64,000 nucleotides of DNA from Burkholderiales bacterium (GCA_016191995.1 JACPVA010000186.1:57670-121669), one strand, 5' to 3'; positions 25,521 to 36,411 are shown, numbered from the stretch's first letter. Notes: generated by a model from the sequence alone, not told the origin. Numbers and translations: made by a program.

Positions 25521-25765
25521 CCACCCCTCGCATCCCCCGCTCGCGCCCGATGTTCAGCGACACCGTGCCGGTGCCGCCGCCGCGCTGCTCGTCCGACGCT
25601 TGCGGGCAAGGCCGCAAGCCCTGCCCGACCCCGGTCGCCTGCCAGTGTGACGACGACCCGGGCCTGCCCGGCGGCGCCATGGCGCTGTTCATGGCGATCG
25701 GCATCGTTTCGCTGGTCGCCGTCGTGTCCCTGGCGTTCGGCGTCTGCACCGGCGCGCTGCCGTGA
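25517..25765 (+). CDS. Small Cys-rich membrane protein
   Basis: CSSDACGQGRKPCPTPVACQ plus TM helix; ATGA coupled. Confidence 0.55.
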   Translation: MTTPRIPRSRPMFSDTVPVPPPRCSSDACGQGRKPCPTPVACQCDDDPGLPGGAMALFMAIGIVSLVAVVSLAFGVCTGALP

Positions 25766-25802
25766 TCCCAGAAACCTCAACCCACGAATGCGGAGCCCCT
25801 GA

Positions 25803-26663
25803 ATGAACACCCTCGCCACCGTCGAGCGCGCCGAGGTCGCCGACCCCGCCGCCCTCGGCAACCCTTCGGCCTTCCTGTTCGACGCGCAGCGCATGCACGC
25901 GCTGATGCAGTTCGCCGACATGATGTCGCAGGCTGTCGTGACCGTGCCCAAGCACCTGCACAACAAGCCCGCCGACTGCCTGGCCCTGACGCTGCAGGCC
26001 ATGCGCTGGGGCATGGACCCCTACGTGGTGGCCGGCAAGACGCACGTCGTCAACGGCAACCTGGGCTACGAGGCGCAGCTCGTGGTGGCGGTGCTCAAGA
26101 ACTCCGGCGCGGTGAAGGGCCGGCCGCACTACGAATACCGCGGCGACGGCCAGGCGCTGGAATGCCGCGCGGGCTTCGTGCCGGCCGGCGAGGACGCCAT
26201 CGTCTGGACCGAATGGCTTGGCATCGGATCGATCACCACCAAGAACTCGCCCCTGTGGAAGGTCAACCCGAAGCAGCAGTTCGGCTACCTGCAGGCGCGC
26301 AACTGGGCGCGGCTGTACGCGCCCGACGCGCTGCTCGGCGTCTACACCGACGACGAGCTGCAGGTGATGCCGTCCCCGCCCGAGAAGCACATGGGCGCGG
26401 CCGAAGTCGTCCGGCCTGCCCTGCCGGACTACGCGCAGGCCGACTTCGAGAAGAACATGCCTGCGTGGGCCCGGTTGGTGGCCGGCGGCAAGAAGTCCCC
26501 CGGCGAGCTGCTCGCCATGCTGTCCACCAAGGCCACCTTCAGCGAGGAGCAGAAAGCCCGCATCCTGTCGCTGAAGAAGGCGGCGCCGGAGCCGGCCCCT
26601 GTGGCGCCGCCGGTCGTCGACCCGTTCGTCGCCGAAATGGACGCGGCCGAGGAGGAGCTGTGA
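25803..26663 (+). CDS. recT: RecT-family single-strand annealing protein
   Basis: VPKHL..KPADCLA...AMRWGMDPYVVAGKTHVVNGNLGYEAQL...WKVNPKQQ...ARNWARLYAPDALLGVYTDDE. Confidence 0.88.
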   Translation: MNTLATVERAEVADPAALGNPSAFLFDAQRMHALMQFADMMSQAVVTVPKHLHNKPADCLALTLQAMRWGMDPYVVAGKTHVVNGNLGYEAQLVVAVLKNSGAVKGRPHYEYRGDGQALECRAGFVPAGEDAIVWTEWLGIGSITTKNSPLWKVNPKQQFGYLQARNWARLYAPDALLGVYTDDELQVMPSPPEKHMGAAEVVRPALPDYAQADFEKNMPAWARLVAGGKKSPGELLAMLSTKATFSEEQKARILSLKKAAPEPAPVAPPVVDPFVAEMDAAEEEL

Positions 26664-28432
26664 TGCGCATCCACGACTTGATCCAGGGCTCCCCCGAGTG
26701 GGCGGCGTACCGGGCCGGCCACTTCAACGCCAGCGACGCGCCGGCCATGCTGGGCGTGAGCCCGTACAAGAGCCGCGCCCAGCTGCTGCGCGAGCTGCAC
26801 ACCGGCGTCGCCGCCGAGATCGATACCGCGACGCACATGCGGTTCGCCAACGGACATCGCGCCGAGGCCCTGGCCCGCCCGCTGGCCGAGGAGTTCATCG
26901 GCGCCGAGCTGTACCCAGTGGTCGGCAGCGACGGCCGGTTGTCGGCCAGCTTCGACGGCCTGACGCTCGACGAGATCACGTGCTTCGAGCACAAGGCGCT
27001 CAACGACGAGCTGCGCGCGTCCTTCCGCGCGATTGCCGACGGCGCCGATGCGCAGCAGGCCTTGCCGCTGCATCACCGCGCGCAGATGGAACAGCAGCTG
27101 CTCGTCAGCGGTGCCGAGCGCGTGCTGTTCATGACCAGCGCCTGGACGCCGGATGACGATCTGATCGAGGAAATGCACTGCTGGTACTACCCCGACGCCA
27201 CGCTGCGCCGGCAGATCCTCGACGGCTGGGCGCAGTTCGAGCGCGACCTGGCCGCCTACGTGCTGCCGGACGCCGCGCCGGCCGCGCCTGTCGGCACGGC
27301 CCCGGAGACGCTGCCGGCGCTGCGCATCGAGGTCACCGGCGCCGTCACGGCCAGCAACCTGGCAGAGTTCAAGGCCACTGCGCTGGGCGCCATCCGGGCC
27401 GTCAACCGCAAGTTGACGACCGACCAGGACTTCGCAGACGCCGAGAAGGCCGTGAAGTGGTGCGCCGAGGTCGAGTCGCGCCTGAAGGCCGCGAAGGAGC
27501 ACGCGCTGAGCCAGACGGCCGACATCGACGCGCTGTTCCGCGCGCTCGACGACATCGGAGCCGAGGCCCGCGCCGTGCGCCTGGACCTGGACAAGCTGGT
27601 GACCCGCCGCAAGACCGAGGTCAAGGAGGAGGCGGTGGTGCGGGCGCGGCGCGCTCTGGACGAGCACGTCGCGCGGCTGAACGCCGAGATCGCCCCGATG
27701 CGGCTGCCGGCCATGGCGGCAGACTTCGCGGGCTGCATCAAGGGCCTGAAGTCGGTGGCCAGCATGCACGACAAGCTCGACGGCCTGCTGGCCGCCACGA
27801 AGATCGCTGCCGAAGCCGATGCGCGCGCCATCCGCGAAAACGTGGCGACGTTCCAGCGCGATGCCGCCGGCTTCGAGTTCCTGTTCGCCGACCTGGGCCA
27901 GGTGGTGCACAAGGCCGCCGACGACTTCGCGGCTCTGCTGCAGGCGCGCATCGCAACGCACAGGGCGGCCGAGGAAGCCCGGGCTCGCGCACGCGCGGAG
28001 GCCGAGGCCCGCGCGGCTGAGCAGCGCCGGCAGGCCGAGGAACTGGCCGCGGCGCGGGCCGAGTCGGCGCGGCTGGAAGCGCAGGCCGTGGAGAACCGAG
28101 CTCGGGCTGCCGCCGCCACTGTCGCGGCTCCTGCGCCTGTCGTCTCGCCGCCGGCCCATTCCGTCGCGGTTTCGGCGCCGATCGCTCCGCCGCCGGCCGC
28201 TCCAGTTCCGCCGGCGCACGCCGACGAGCGCGCCACGCTGGCGCTGGGCGTCATCTGCGGGCGCCTGTGCTTCACGGTCAGCGCTGCCTTCGTGACCAAC
28301 GTGCTGCGCGTCGAGCCATGCAAGGCGGGCGCGTCGCTGCTGTTCACCGAGCGCCAGTTCGAGCAGATCTGCGCGCAGCTGGTCAGCCACATCGGCGCGA
28401 TAGCCGAGCTGTACTCCGGGGAGCCAGCATGA
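26663..28432 (+). CDS. YqaJ/lambda-exonuclease-like protein with long coiled-coil C-terminus
   Basis: QGSPEW...ASDAPAMLGVSPYKSR...SASFDGL...FEHK...QMEQQL. Confidence 0.88.
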   Translation: MRIHDLIQGSPEWAAYRAGHFNASDAPAMLGVSPYKSRAQLLRELHTGVAAEIDTATHMRFANGHRAEALARPLAEEFIGAELYPVVGSDGRLSASFDGLTLDEITCFEHKALNDELRASFRAIADGADAQQALPLHHRAQMEQQLLVSGAERVLFMTSAWTPDDDLIEEMHCWYYPDATLRRQILDGWAQFERDLAAYVLPDAAPAAPVGTAPETLPALRIEVTGAVTASNLAEFKATALGAIRAVNRKLTTDQDFADAEKAVKWCAEVESRLKAAKEHALSQTADIDALFRALDDIGAEARAVRLDLDKLVTRRKTEVKEEAVVRARRALDEHVARLNAEIAPMRLPAMAADFAGCIKGLKSVASMHDKLDGLLAATKIAAEADARAIRENVATFQRDAAGFEFLFADLGQVVHKAADDFAALLQARIATHRAAEEARARARAEAEARAAEQRRQAEELAAARAESARLEAQAVENRARAAAATVAAPAPVVSPPAHSVAVSAPIAPPPAAPVPPAHADERATLALGVICGRLCFTVSAAFVTNVLRVEPCKAGASLLFTERQFEQICAQLVSHIGAIAELYSGEPA

Positions 28433-28473
28433 GCGGACAGGGGGCAAGGATGAGTGACCTGCTCACGGCGGCG

Positions 28474-28500
28474 CGCGTCCGCTCGAATGCGGGGTTAGAT
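28474..28500 (+). other. attC-like half site
   Basis: GCTCGAAT-GCGGG-GTTAGAT: L box, 5-bp spacer, GTTRRRY core; partner half not found upstream. Confidence 0.6.
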
Positions 28501-28528
28501 GGCGATTTTCAACGAGAGGAACCAATGC

Positions 28529-28903
28529 ATGAAGACGACGATTGAGTGGCTAGACCCCAAGATCAACCCGCCCCCGTTTGGGCAGCAGTTCATGGCGCTG
28601 CTGGGCGGACAGGGGAGCACCGATTGCCTGCGCACGACGACTCCCTATGTCAAGGTGGCGAACCTGGTGATGCGGCGCGACGGCCCGAACTGTGAAGACG
28701 ACAGCGACTACCGCGACTTCCTTGCGGACGAGCGAGGAGCCGCAGCATTTGACGACTACCAATTCCACTTGGTTGACTTCGACCAGTACACATACGGTGA
28801 TGACAGCGACTGTCTTGACTGGTATTCGGATTCGATTGTCGCGTGGGCTCCGATGCCTGACTTTTCGGAGCTGCTGGCGGAGACGCGGGCGGAAGCCATC
28901 TAA
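28529..28903 (+). CDS. Hypothetical acidic protein (gene-cassette-like)
   Basis: 124 aa MKTTIEWLDPK...IVAWAPMP; GAGAGG RBS; stop TAA lies inside ATCTAAC. Confidence 0.7.
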   Translation: MKTTIEWLDPKINPPPFGQQFMALLGGQGSTDCLRTTTPYVKVANLVMRRDGPNCEDDSDYRDFLADERGAAAFDDYQFHLVDFDQYTYGDDSDCLDWYSDSIVAWAPMPDFSELLAETRAEAI

Positions 28904-28965
28904 CGATTGAGCTGAACGGCCCGCGCGCTCGGGCCTTCAATACGCGGTCGAGCGAAGGGTTCGAC
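28898..28965 (+). other. Degenerate attC-like site
   Basis: ATCTAAC-GATTGA-GCTGAAC-[GGCCCG/CGGGCC hairpin]-GGTCGAGC-GAAGG-GTTCGAC. Confidence 0.6.
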
Positions 28966-28994
28966 ATCGGTGTGCCGACGGCGAAAGGACAGAC

Positions 28995-29351
28995 ATGCGA
29001 GACGCAGTGGACGAGGCAATCAGCGCTGGCGCGCTGGAGCAGGAAACGCCCGGCGAGCGCGCCGACCGCGAACGCTGGGAGCGCGCCATCAGCCGCAAGG
29101 AGAGCGCGCTGCGCGTGCTCGGGCCGCTTGGTTTCGATGACCTTCACGATGCCGAGCGCCCGGGCGCGATCGTTCACGGCGGCGCGGGCGTGGTGCTGGA
29201 CGCGGCGGTGATCAAGCCGCAAGACGTGGTGCCCGAGCTGCTGCGCATTGGGCGCGAGCGCGGCGTGGCGGCCCTGCGGCGCGACCTGAGGGCCGTCATT
29301 GGGTTGGTGGGCGTCGGCGGTTGCGAAATGGGCACGAATGCTGAGCTGTGA
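28995..29351 (+). CDS. Hypothetical protein (gene-cassette-like)
   Basis: 118 aa; AAGGA RBS; ends GTNAEL over an attC-left-half-like remnant. Confidence 0.6.
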   Translation: MRDAVDEAISAGALEQETPGERADRERWERAISRKESALRVLGPLGFDDLHDAERPGAIVHGGAGVVLDAAVIKPQDVVPELLRIGRERGVAALRRDLRAVIGLVGVGGCEMGTNAEL

Positions 29352-29775
29352 CTGCGACAACGACGACGCCGAATGGTGGTACGACGACACCTGTGGAGTC
29401 GAGCCACTGACGACGAAGCGCATGCGGCGCTGCTGCTCGTGCAGGGAACGCATCGCCGTGGGCGAGGACTGCAGACCGTTTCGGCGCTGGCGGACGGTGA
29501 ACGAATACAGCGACCTGCGCGTGCTGGTGAGCCTTTACGGCGATGGTGGCGAGCTGCCGCTGCCGACGTGGTATCTCTGCGACCGCTGCGCCGGGCTGTA
29601 TGAGTCGCTGGATGCGTGTGGATTCTGCGGTCTGCTCGGCCAGGACTTGCGCGAGACGTGCCGCGAGTACGCTCAGATGCAGCGCGCGGCGGGCGTTTTC
29701 CGTGGGCAGATGGCGCGGACGCCTAACGCAGAAGTCAGCGGCGCCGGAACGGCGTCCGCTGGACTGCCGGGTTAG
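29338..29775 (+). CDS. Cys-rich (zinc-binding) hypothetical protein reading through an attC site
   Basis: CCSC, CDRC, CGFC motifs; C-terminus PNAEVSGAGTASAGLPG is encoded by the attC. Confidence 0.7.
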   Translation: MLSCDCDNDDAEWWYDDTCGVEPLTTKRMRRCCSCRERIAVGEDCRPFRRWRTVNEYSDLRVLVSLYGDGGELPLPTWYLCDRCAGLYESLDACGFCGLLGQDLRETCREYAQMQRAAGVFRGQMARTPNAEVSGAGTASAGLPG

Positions 29776-29777
29776 CG
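29721..29777 (+). other. Complete 57-bp attC-like recombination site
   Basis: GCCTAAC-GCAGA-AGTCAGC-GGCGCCGGAACGGCGTCC-GCTGGACT-GCCGG-GTTAGCG; hairpin with an extra G in the L box and an extra T in the stem. Confidence 0.8.
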
Positions 29778-29798
29778 GTTTTTTACTTGGAGACGACA

Positions 29799-30677
29799 AT
29801 GAAATTTGCAAAGCAAACACCGGAAGCCACGGTGATGGACATTACCCCGGCGACCGCCAGAGAAATGCTTGAAACAAGCCCCGGCAATCGCCGGCTTCGC
29901 GGCTGGTATGTTGATCTGCTCGCGGCGGCAATGAAGCGCGGTGAATGGCGCGTGACAAGCCAGGGGATCGGGTTTGATCTTCTCGGGCGCTTGCGTGACG
30001 CTCACCACAGATTGCACGCCTGCATTCAGGCTGGTGTTTCGTTTCCGTCCGTGGTGGTTTTTGGAATGCGAACCGACGCCTACGAAGTGACAGACACAGG
30101 GATGGTGCGCACCTACGCCGACCGGTTGGACGAAGCTCCCGCCGTTGCCGAAGTGCTGCGGCTTGGCTGCCAGTACGCGCTGGGCTCGACAAAGCCCACC
30201 ATTGACCAGATGAAGCCAATCATCGACGCCGGCCTCGGAGATGCGGCGCGATCGTTGATCGAGTTTTGCGGCTCGAGGCGCAGGTATTTCGCGGCCGCTC
30301 CAATGAAGCTGGCAGCCTGCATCACGATCATGAACGGAGGGAATGCAGACTTCGTTTTGCAGCAATACCGCGCGATGTGTTCTCTTGATTTTGATGCCAT
30401 GTCAAAGTCAGCGCAGGCACTGGTTCGGCAGGTTGATAGCGGGAAAGCGCGCGCCCACGAAACTCGCGAAGCGCTGGCGAGAGGATTCCGGGTTTTCGAC
30501 AAAGACCGGCACGGCGTCAGCAAGATTCAGATCAGCGACGCCGATACAGATGCAGCTGTTGAACTGGTGCGTTCAGTGCTGCGCAACTCTGTCGGCGAAG
30601 AACCCGAAGCCCGCAAAAGTCGGCGTTGGCAGGACGGCGGCATGCGAGGCACGGGCATGACCGCTGACGCAATCTAG
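29799..30677 (+). CDS. ParB/sulfiredoxin-like N-terminal domain protein
   Basis: ITPATAREML...NRRL...AMKRGEWRVTSQGIGFD..G.L.DAHHRL.A; GGAG RBS. Confidence 0.65.
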   Translation: MKFAKQTPEATVMDITPATAREMLETSPGNRRLRGWYVDLLAAAMKRGEWRVTSQGIGFDLLGRLRDAHHRLHACIQAGVSFPSVVVFGMRTDAYEVTDTGMVRTYADRLDEAPAVAEVLRLGCQYALGSTKPTIDQMKPIIDAGLGDAARSLIEFCGSRRRYFAAAPMKLAACITIMNGGNADFVLQQYRAMCSLDFDAMSKSAQALVRQVDSGKARAHETREALARGFRVFDKDRHGVSKIQISDADTDAAVELVRSVLRNSVGEEPEARKSRRWQDGGMRGTGMTADAI

Positions 30678-30844
30678 GGCGCACCCGTGCGCCCATAACC
30701 GCCTCCGCCGCAGCACCCCCATGCTAACCGCCTCCCGCGCCGCCGCCCGCCGCCAGCTCGTGCAGCTGCTCGTCGAGCGCGCGCTGCGCGACCTGCGGGC
30801 GCACAATGCCAGCCCCGGCCAGGACGCCGACCCGGACCACGACG

Positions 30845-32467
<1,623 letters not shown>

Positions 32468-32622
32468 GCTGAGCCGGTGATGATAGCACAGCATGGGCCC
32501 GCGCGGGGTCTCGCTTTCCCTGCGCCGCGGGTCTCGCGGCGGCGGCATGCGCGTAGCATCATCCGCGCTTCGCTTCGCGGCATTGCGCCGTCGCTCGCGC
32601 CAACCTCCACCTCCATGCGGGA

Positions 32623-33303
32623 ATGAGCCAGACGATGGGGTCGATCGGGCCGACGGCGCCGGCAGGGCCGGGCCGCGTCGTGCCGCGTGTCCTGCTCGTC
32701 GACGACCACGAACTCGTCCGCGTCGGCGTTCGCACGACCTGCTCCGAGCTGCTCGCGATCGAGATCGACTGGATCGAGGCGGCGACGCTGGAGGATGCGA
32801 TGCGCCTGTATGCATCGCAGCCGGGGATCGACGCGGTGCTGCTCGACCTCAACCTGGCCGACTGCAAGGGGCTGCAAGGCCTCAAGCGCTTTCTGCACGC
32901 CTTCCCGGAGGCGCGCATCGCGATCTTCAGCGGCACGCAGGACGACTTCGTCATCGCGCAGGCGCGCGCGCTCGGCGCGGTGGCCTACATCCCCAAGGGG
33001 ACGCAGTCGGCGCAGATGCGCGAGACGCTGCTCGCGCTGCTGCCGTCGACCGCCGGCGCCAGGCTGCCGGCGGTGTCGTCGGCGCTGTTTCCGCGCATGC
33101 CCGCGTCGGCGATGATCGACCGCGTGGCCGAACTCGGCCCGCGCCACCTCGAGATCCTGGAGCTGGTGCTGTCGGGTTGCACGAACCAGGAGATCAGCCA
33201 GGCGACGCATCTGTCGCTGGGCACGGTGAAGAACTATGTGTCGTCGCTGCTGCTCGCGCTGGACGTGCGATCGCGCTCGCACCTCATCAGCCTCTTTCGC
33301 TGA
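32623..33303 (+). CDS. NarL/LuxR-family response regulator
   Basis: VLLVDDH...VLLDLNL receiver domain; GCTNQEISQATHLSLGTVKNYVSSLL HTH. Confidence 0.93.
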   Translation: MSQTMGSIGPTAPAGPGRVVPRVLLVDDHELVRVGVRTTCSELLAIEIDWIEAATLEDAMRLYASQPGIDAVLLDLNLADCKGLQGLKRFLHAFPEARIAIFSGTQDDFVIAQARALGAVAYIPKGTQSAQMRETLLALLPSTAGARLPAVSSALFPRMPASAMIDRVAELGPRHLEILELVLSGCTNQEISQATHLSLGTVKNYVSSLLLALDVRSRSHLISLFR

Positions 33304-33453
33304 CCCCGCAGGCGGAACCCGCACGCGGGGCAGGCCCCGGCGCCGTGGCGCCACCGGCGCCCGGGTGCAGCTCCGAAGCGCGCCGCGCGATCGCCGCGGC
33401 GCGTCGACGGCCGCGCGCGCGCGCGCCGTCGGCAAGAGCGCCGAGCCGATCCG

Positions 33454-35313
33454 GTGAACGATCCCGGCTCGCCGGCGCGCTCGCATCTGCTCGTCGTCGA
33501 GGGCGGGTCGTCGGCGGACGATCCGGTCGAGCGGCTGCACGCGGAGCGCCGGGCGCAGCGACGGCGGGTCGCCGACGCCGCGCTGCGCGCGGTGCCGTGG
33601 CCGGTCCTGTCGGCCCTGCTCGCGGCCTGGGCCGGCGCGGGCCTGCTGTTCGCCCTCGTCGAACAATCGGGCGCGGCCGCCGTGGCGGGTCGGCCGCCGG
33701 CGCCGCTGGCGGCCAACGCCAGCGGGCTGCTGGCCGGGCTGCCGCTGCCGCCGTGGGTCGCGTTCGTCTGGGCGGCGGCGATGCTCGGGCTGGCCGCGGC
33801 GCTGGTCTGGCCGCCGCAGGCGCTGTCGCAGCGGCTGCATCGGCCGCAGCCGAACGTACCCACCCTGGTGGCCGCGCTGCTGGCGCTGGTCGTCGCCGCG
33901 CCCGGCATCTGGATGTCGGCGCCGGCGGACGCGCCGTGGGCGATGTCGGCGGCCGTGCTCGCGGTCGCGTCGGCGGCGCTGCTGGCGCCGTTGCGCGGCC
34001 CGGCGCTGGCGGCCGCCGCCGTGCCGTTGCTCGTCACGCTGCCGGCGGCGCTGGCGGGGCGGCCGCTGCGGCTCGTCGCCGGCGCCGCCGCCGCCGCGGT
34101 GGCGGCCACCGTCGCCCTCGCGCTGCACCGGGCGTGGCGGGTGCAGGCGCTGCACGGCATCGATCAGGACGACGCCGCGCTCGCGCTGCAGCAGTCGCTG
34201 CTCGCGGCCGAGCGCGGCGCCGAGGAGCGCGGCCGCTTCCTCGCCGTCGCGAGCCACGACCTGCGCCAGCCGGTGCACGCGCTCGGGCTGTTCGCCGCCA
34301 CGTTGCACAAGCGGCTGCAGGCCGGGCCGGATGCCGCGCTGGCACGCCACCTGATGGGCGCGGTCGATGCGCTCGAGCGCTCGTTCACCGCGGTGCTCGA
34401 CATCTCGCGCCTGGATGCCGGGTCGGTGGCGCCGGCGCTGCAGACCTTCCCGTTGCGCGACCTGTTCCGCCGCTTGCACATGCAGTATGCGGGGCAGGCC
34501 GAGCTCGCCGGCTTGGGGCTGCGCTTCGCACCGGCCGGGCGCTGGGTGACGAGCGACCCGCAGCTGCTCGAGCGGATGCTGGGCAACCTGGTGCAGAACG
34601 CGATCCGGCACACGACGCAGGGCGGCGTCGTCGTCGTCGCGCGGCGGCGTGGCGGCTGGGTCAATGTCGAGGTCTGGGACACCGGCAGCGGCATCGCCGC
34701 GCAGGACCTGCCGCGCGTGTTCGAGGAGTTCGTCCGCGTCGGGCCCGGTCCGCGCGACCGCAGCCAGGGCCTGGGCATGGGGCTGGCGATCGTGCGCCGG
34801 CTGGCGCGTGTGCTCGGCCACCGGCTGGAGATCGCCTCGACGCCAGGCCGCGGGACCATGGTCCGCATCGGCATCGCCGCCGGCGAGCTGCTCGCGATGG
34901 GCCAGCCGCTGGCGCCCGCCGACACCGTCCCGATGGCGATGACCGAGCCGCAGATGGTGCTGGTGGTCGACGACGAGGCACCGATCCGCGAGGGCCTGAG
35001 GCTGCTGCTGCAGGAATGGGGCTTCCACGCCGTGACCGCTGCCGATGCCGAGCAGGCCGAGCAGGCGGTGCACGCGCTCGAGGGGCGGGTCGACCTCGTG
35101 CTCAGCGACCTGCACCTGGGCCCGGGCGCGGACGGGCTGCGCGTCGTGGCCGAGGTCCGGCGGCTGTGCGGCAGGCCGGTGCCGGCGATCCTGATCACCG
35201 GCGACGTGACGCGCCGTGGCCCGAACAGGCTGGACACCGGGTCCGACCCGGTGTTGTTCAAGCCGGTGCAGCCGCGCCAGCTGTACGAGGCGATGCGCGC
35301 GGTGCTGCGCTGA
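33454..35313 (+). CDS. Membrane hybrid sensor histidine kinase
   Basis: TM helices; ASHDLRQP H-box; NLVQNA, DTGSGI, GLGMGL boxes; C-terminal receiver VLVVDDE...SDLHL. Confidence 0.93.
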   Translation: MNDPGSPARSHLLVVEGGSSADDPVERLHAERRAQRRRVADAALRAVPWPVLSALLAAWAGAGLLFALVEQSGAAAVAGRPPAPLAANASGLLAGLPLPPWVAFVWAAAMLGLAAALVWPPQALSQRLHRPQPNVPTLVAALLALVVAAPGIWMSAPADAPWAMSAAVLAVASAALLAPLRGPALAAAAVPLLVTLPAALAGRPLRLVAGAAAAAVAATVALALHRAWRVQALHGIDQDDAALALQQSLLAAERGAEERGRFLAVASHDLRQPVHALGLFAATLHKRLQAGPDAALARHLMGAVDALERSFTAVLDISRLDAGSVAPALQTFPLRDLFRRLHMQYAGQAELAGLGLRFAPAGRWVTSDPQLLERMLGNLVQNAIRHTTQGGVVVVARRRGGWVNVEVWDTGSGIAAQDLPRVFEEFVRVGPGPRDRSQGLGMGLAIVRRLARVLGHRLEIASTPGRGTMVRIGIAAGELLAMGQPLAPADTVPMAMTEPQMVLVVDDEAPIREGLRLLLQEWGFHAVTAADAEQAEQAVHALEGRVDLVLSDLHLGPGADGLRVVAEVRRLCGRPVPAILITGDVTRRGPNRLDTGSDPVLFKPVQPRQLYEAMRAVLR

Positions 35314-35414
35314 CCAGCTCGCCGGGCGCGACCAAAGTCAGTGCGCCGCGACGATGCGCCGACCCACAATCGCCGTGCTCGCGGCGCCCATCCCGTGCCG
35401 CCAGGGGGAGCACG

Positions 35415-36278
35415 ATGAACCCCACCCTACGCTATGGCTCCAGCGGCCAATTCGTCCAGCAGCTGCAGGAGGGGCTGAACAAGCTGCCGTCCAGCCTGCC
35501 AGCGCTCGCGCCCGACGGACGCTACGGCAGCAAGACGCTGGCCCGCGTCAAGGAGTTCCAGTCGGGTCACGCGCTGGGCGCCGACGGCATCGTCGGGCCC
35601 AAGACCTGGGGCGAGCTGCTCGCATTGCTGGCGCAATGGATTCCCGGCGGCGCGCCGGCGGTGCCGGCGACGCCCGAGCCGGCGGTCTCGGGCTACGAGG
35701 CCAAGCTTCCGGCGGCGCTGAAGTGGGCCTCGGACCAGATCGGCAAGGTCGACTTCGGGATCTTCGACAACCAGGGCCGGCCGCTGGGGATCGACTTCGT
35801 CAAGAAGATCTTCGTCGAGGTGGTGCGGCAATACGGCCAGCCGGTCGTGCTCGCCGACGTCAATTTCAAGCCCGACGGCTGGCACGGATCGAAGGTCTGG
35901 GCCCCCGAGCCCTGGGTCGGGCACCCGAAGTACGGCCGCAAGTCCTGGTGCGGGATCTTCGCGACCTGGTGCTACTTCAAGGCCGGGATCCCGGTCTTCT
36001 GGGACCTCGCGAAGGGCCACCCGGTCGGCCCGCCGGATCGCCCGCTGACGCAGGTCGGCGCGCAGAGCCCCGACTTCGTAAGCGGCATCCGTCCCGGCTA
36101 TATGGGTTATGTCAGCAGCTTCCACCACCAGTTCCTGATCGAGGCGGTCAACGACGACGGCCCGGCGCCGACGCTCAGGACGATCGACGGCAACACCAGC
36201 AAGGGGCGGATCCAGCGGCGCGACGGCGACCACCAGGTCGGCAAGGACAACTTCCTGTACCGCCGGTTCTCGGCCTGA
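35415..36278 (+). CDS. Peptidoglycan-binding domain plus CHAP/NlpC-like amidase
   Basis: LRYGSSG...DGRYGSKT...VKEFQ...DGIVGPKTW; SWCGIFATWC...HHQFLI...TIDGNT. Confidence 0.75.
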   Translation: MNPTLRYGSSGQFVQQLQEGLNKLPSSLPALAPDGRYGSKTLARVKEFQSGHALGADGIVGPKTWGELLALLAQWIPGGAPAVPATPEPAVSGYEAKLPAALKWASDQIGKVDFGIFDNQGRPLGIDFVKKIFVEVVRQYGQPVVLADVNFKPDGWHGSKVWAPEPWVGHPKYGRKSWCGIFATWCYFKAGIPVFWDLAKGHPVGPPDRPLTQVGAQSPDFVSGIRPGYMGYVSSFHHQFLIEAVNDDGPAPTLRTIDGNTSKGRIQRRDGDHQVGKDNFLYRRFSA

Positions 36279-36411
36279 TCGCGCGCGGCGGCGCCCCGCG
36301 CCGGCCCGCGGTCGCGGATCGCGAAATGACTTTCGACCGCTGCCCGCCGCGACCCACGCTCCTAGAGTGCCGCCAACGTCCCACCGGGCCCGCCCGAGCG
36401 TCGTACGCCGC

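Noticed and set aside
30670-30735. A further attC closing the ParB-like gene
   Set aside because: CCATAAC and TGCTAAC are present, but no L boxes or partner GTT core at the proper spacing
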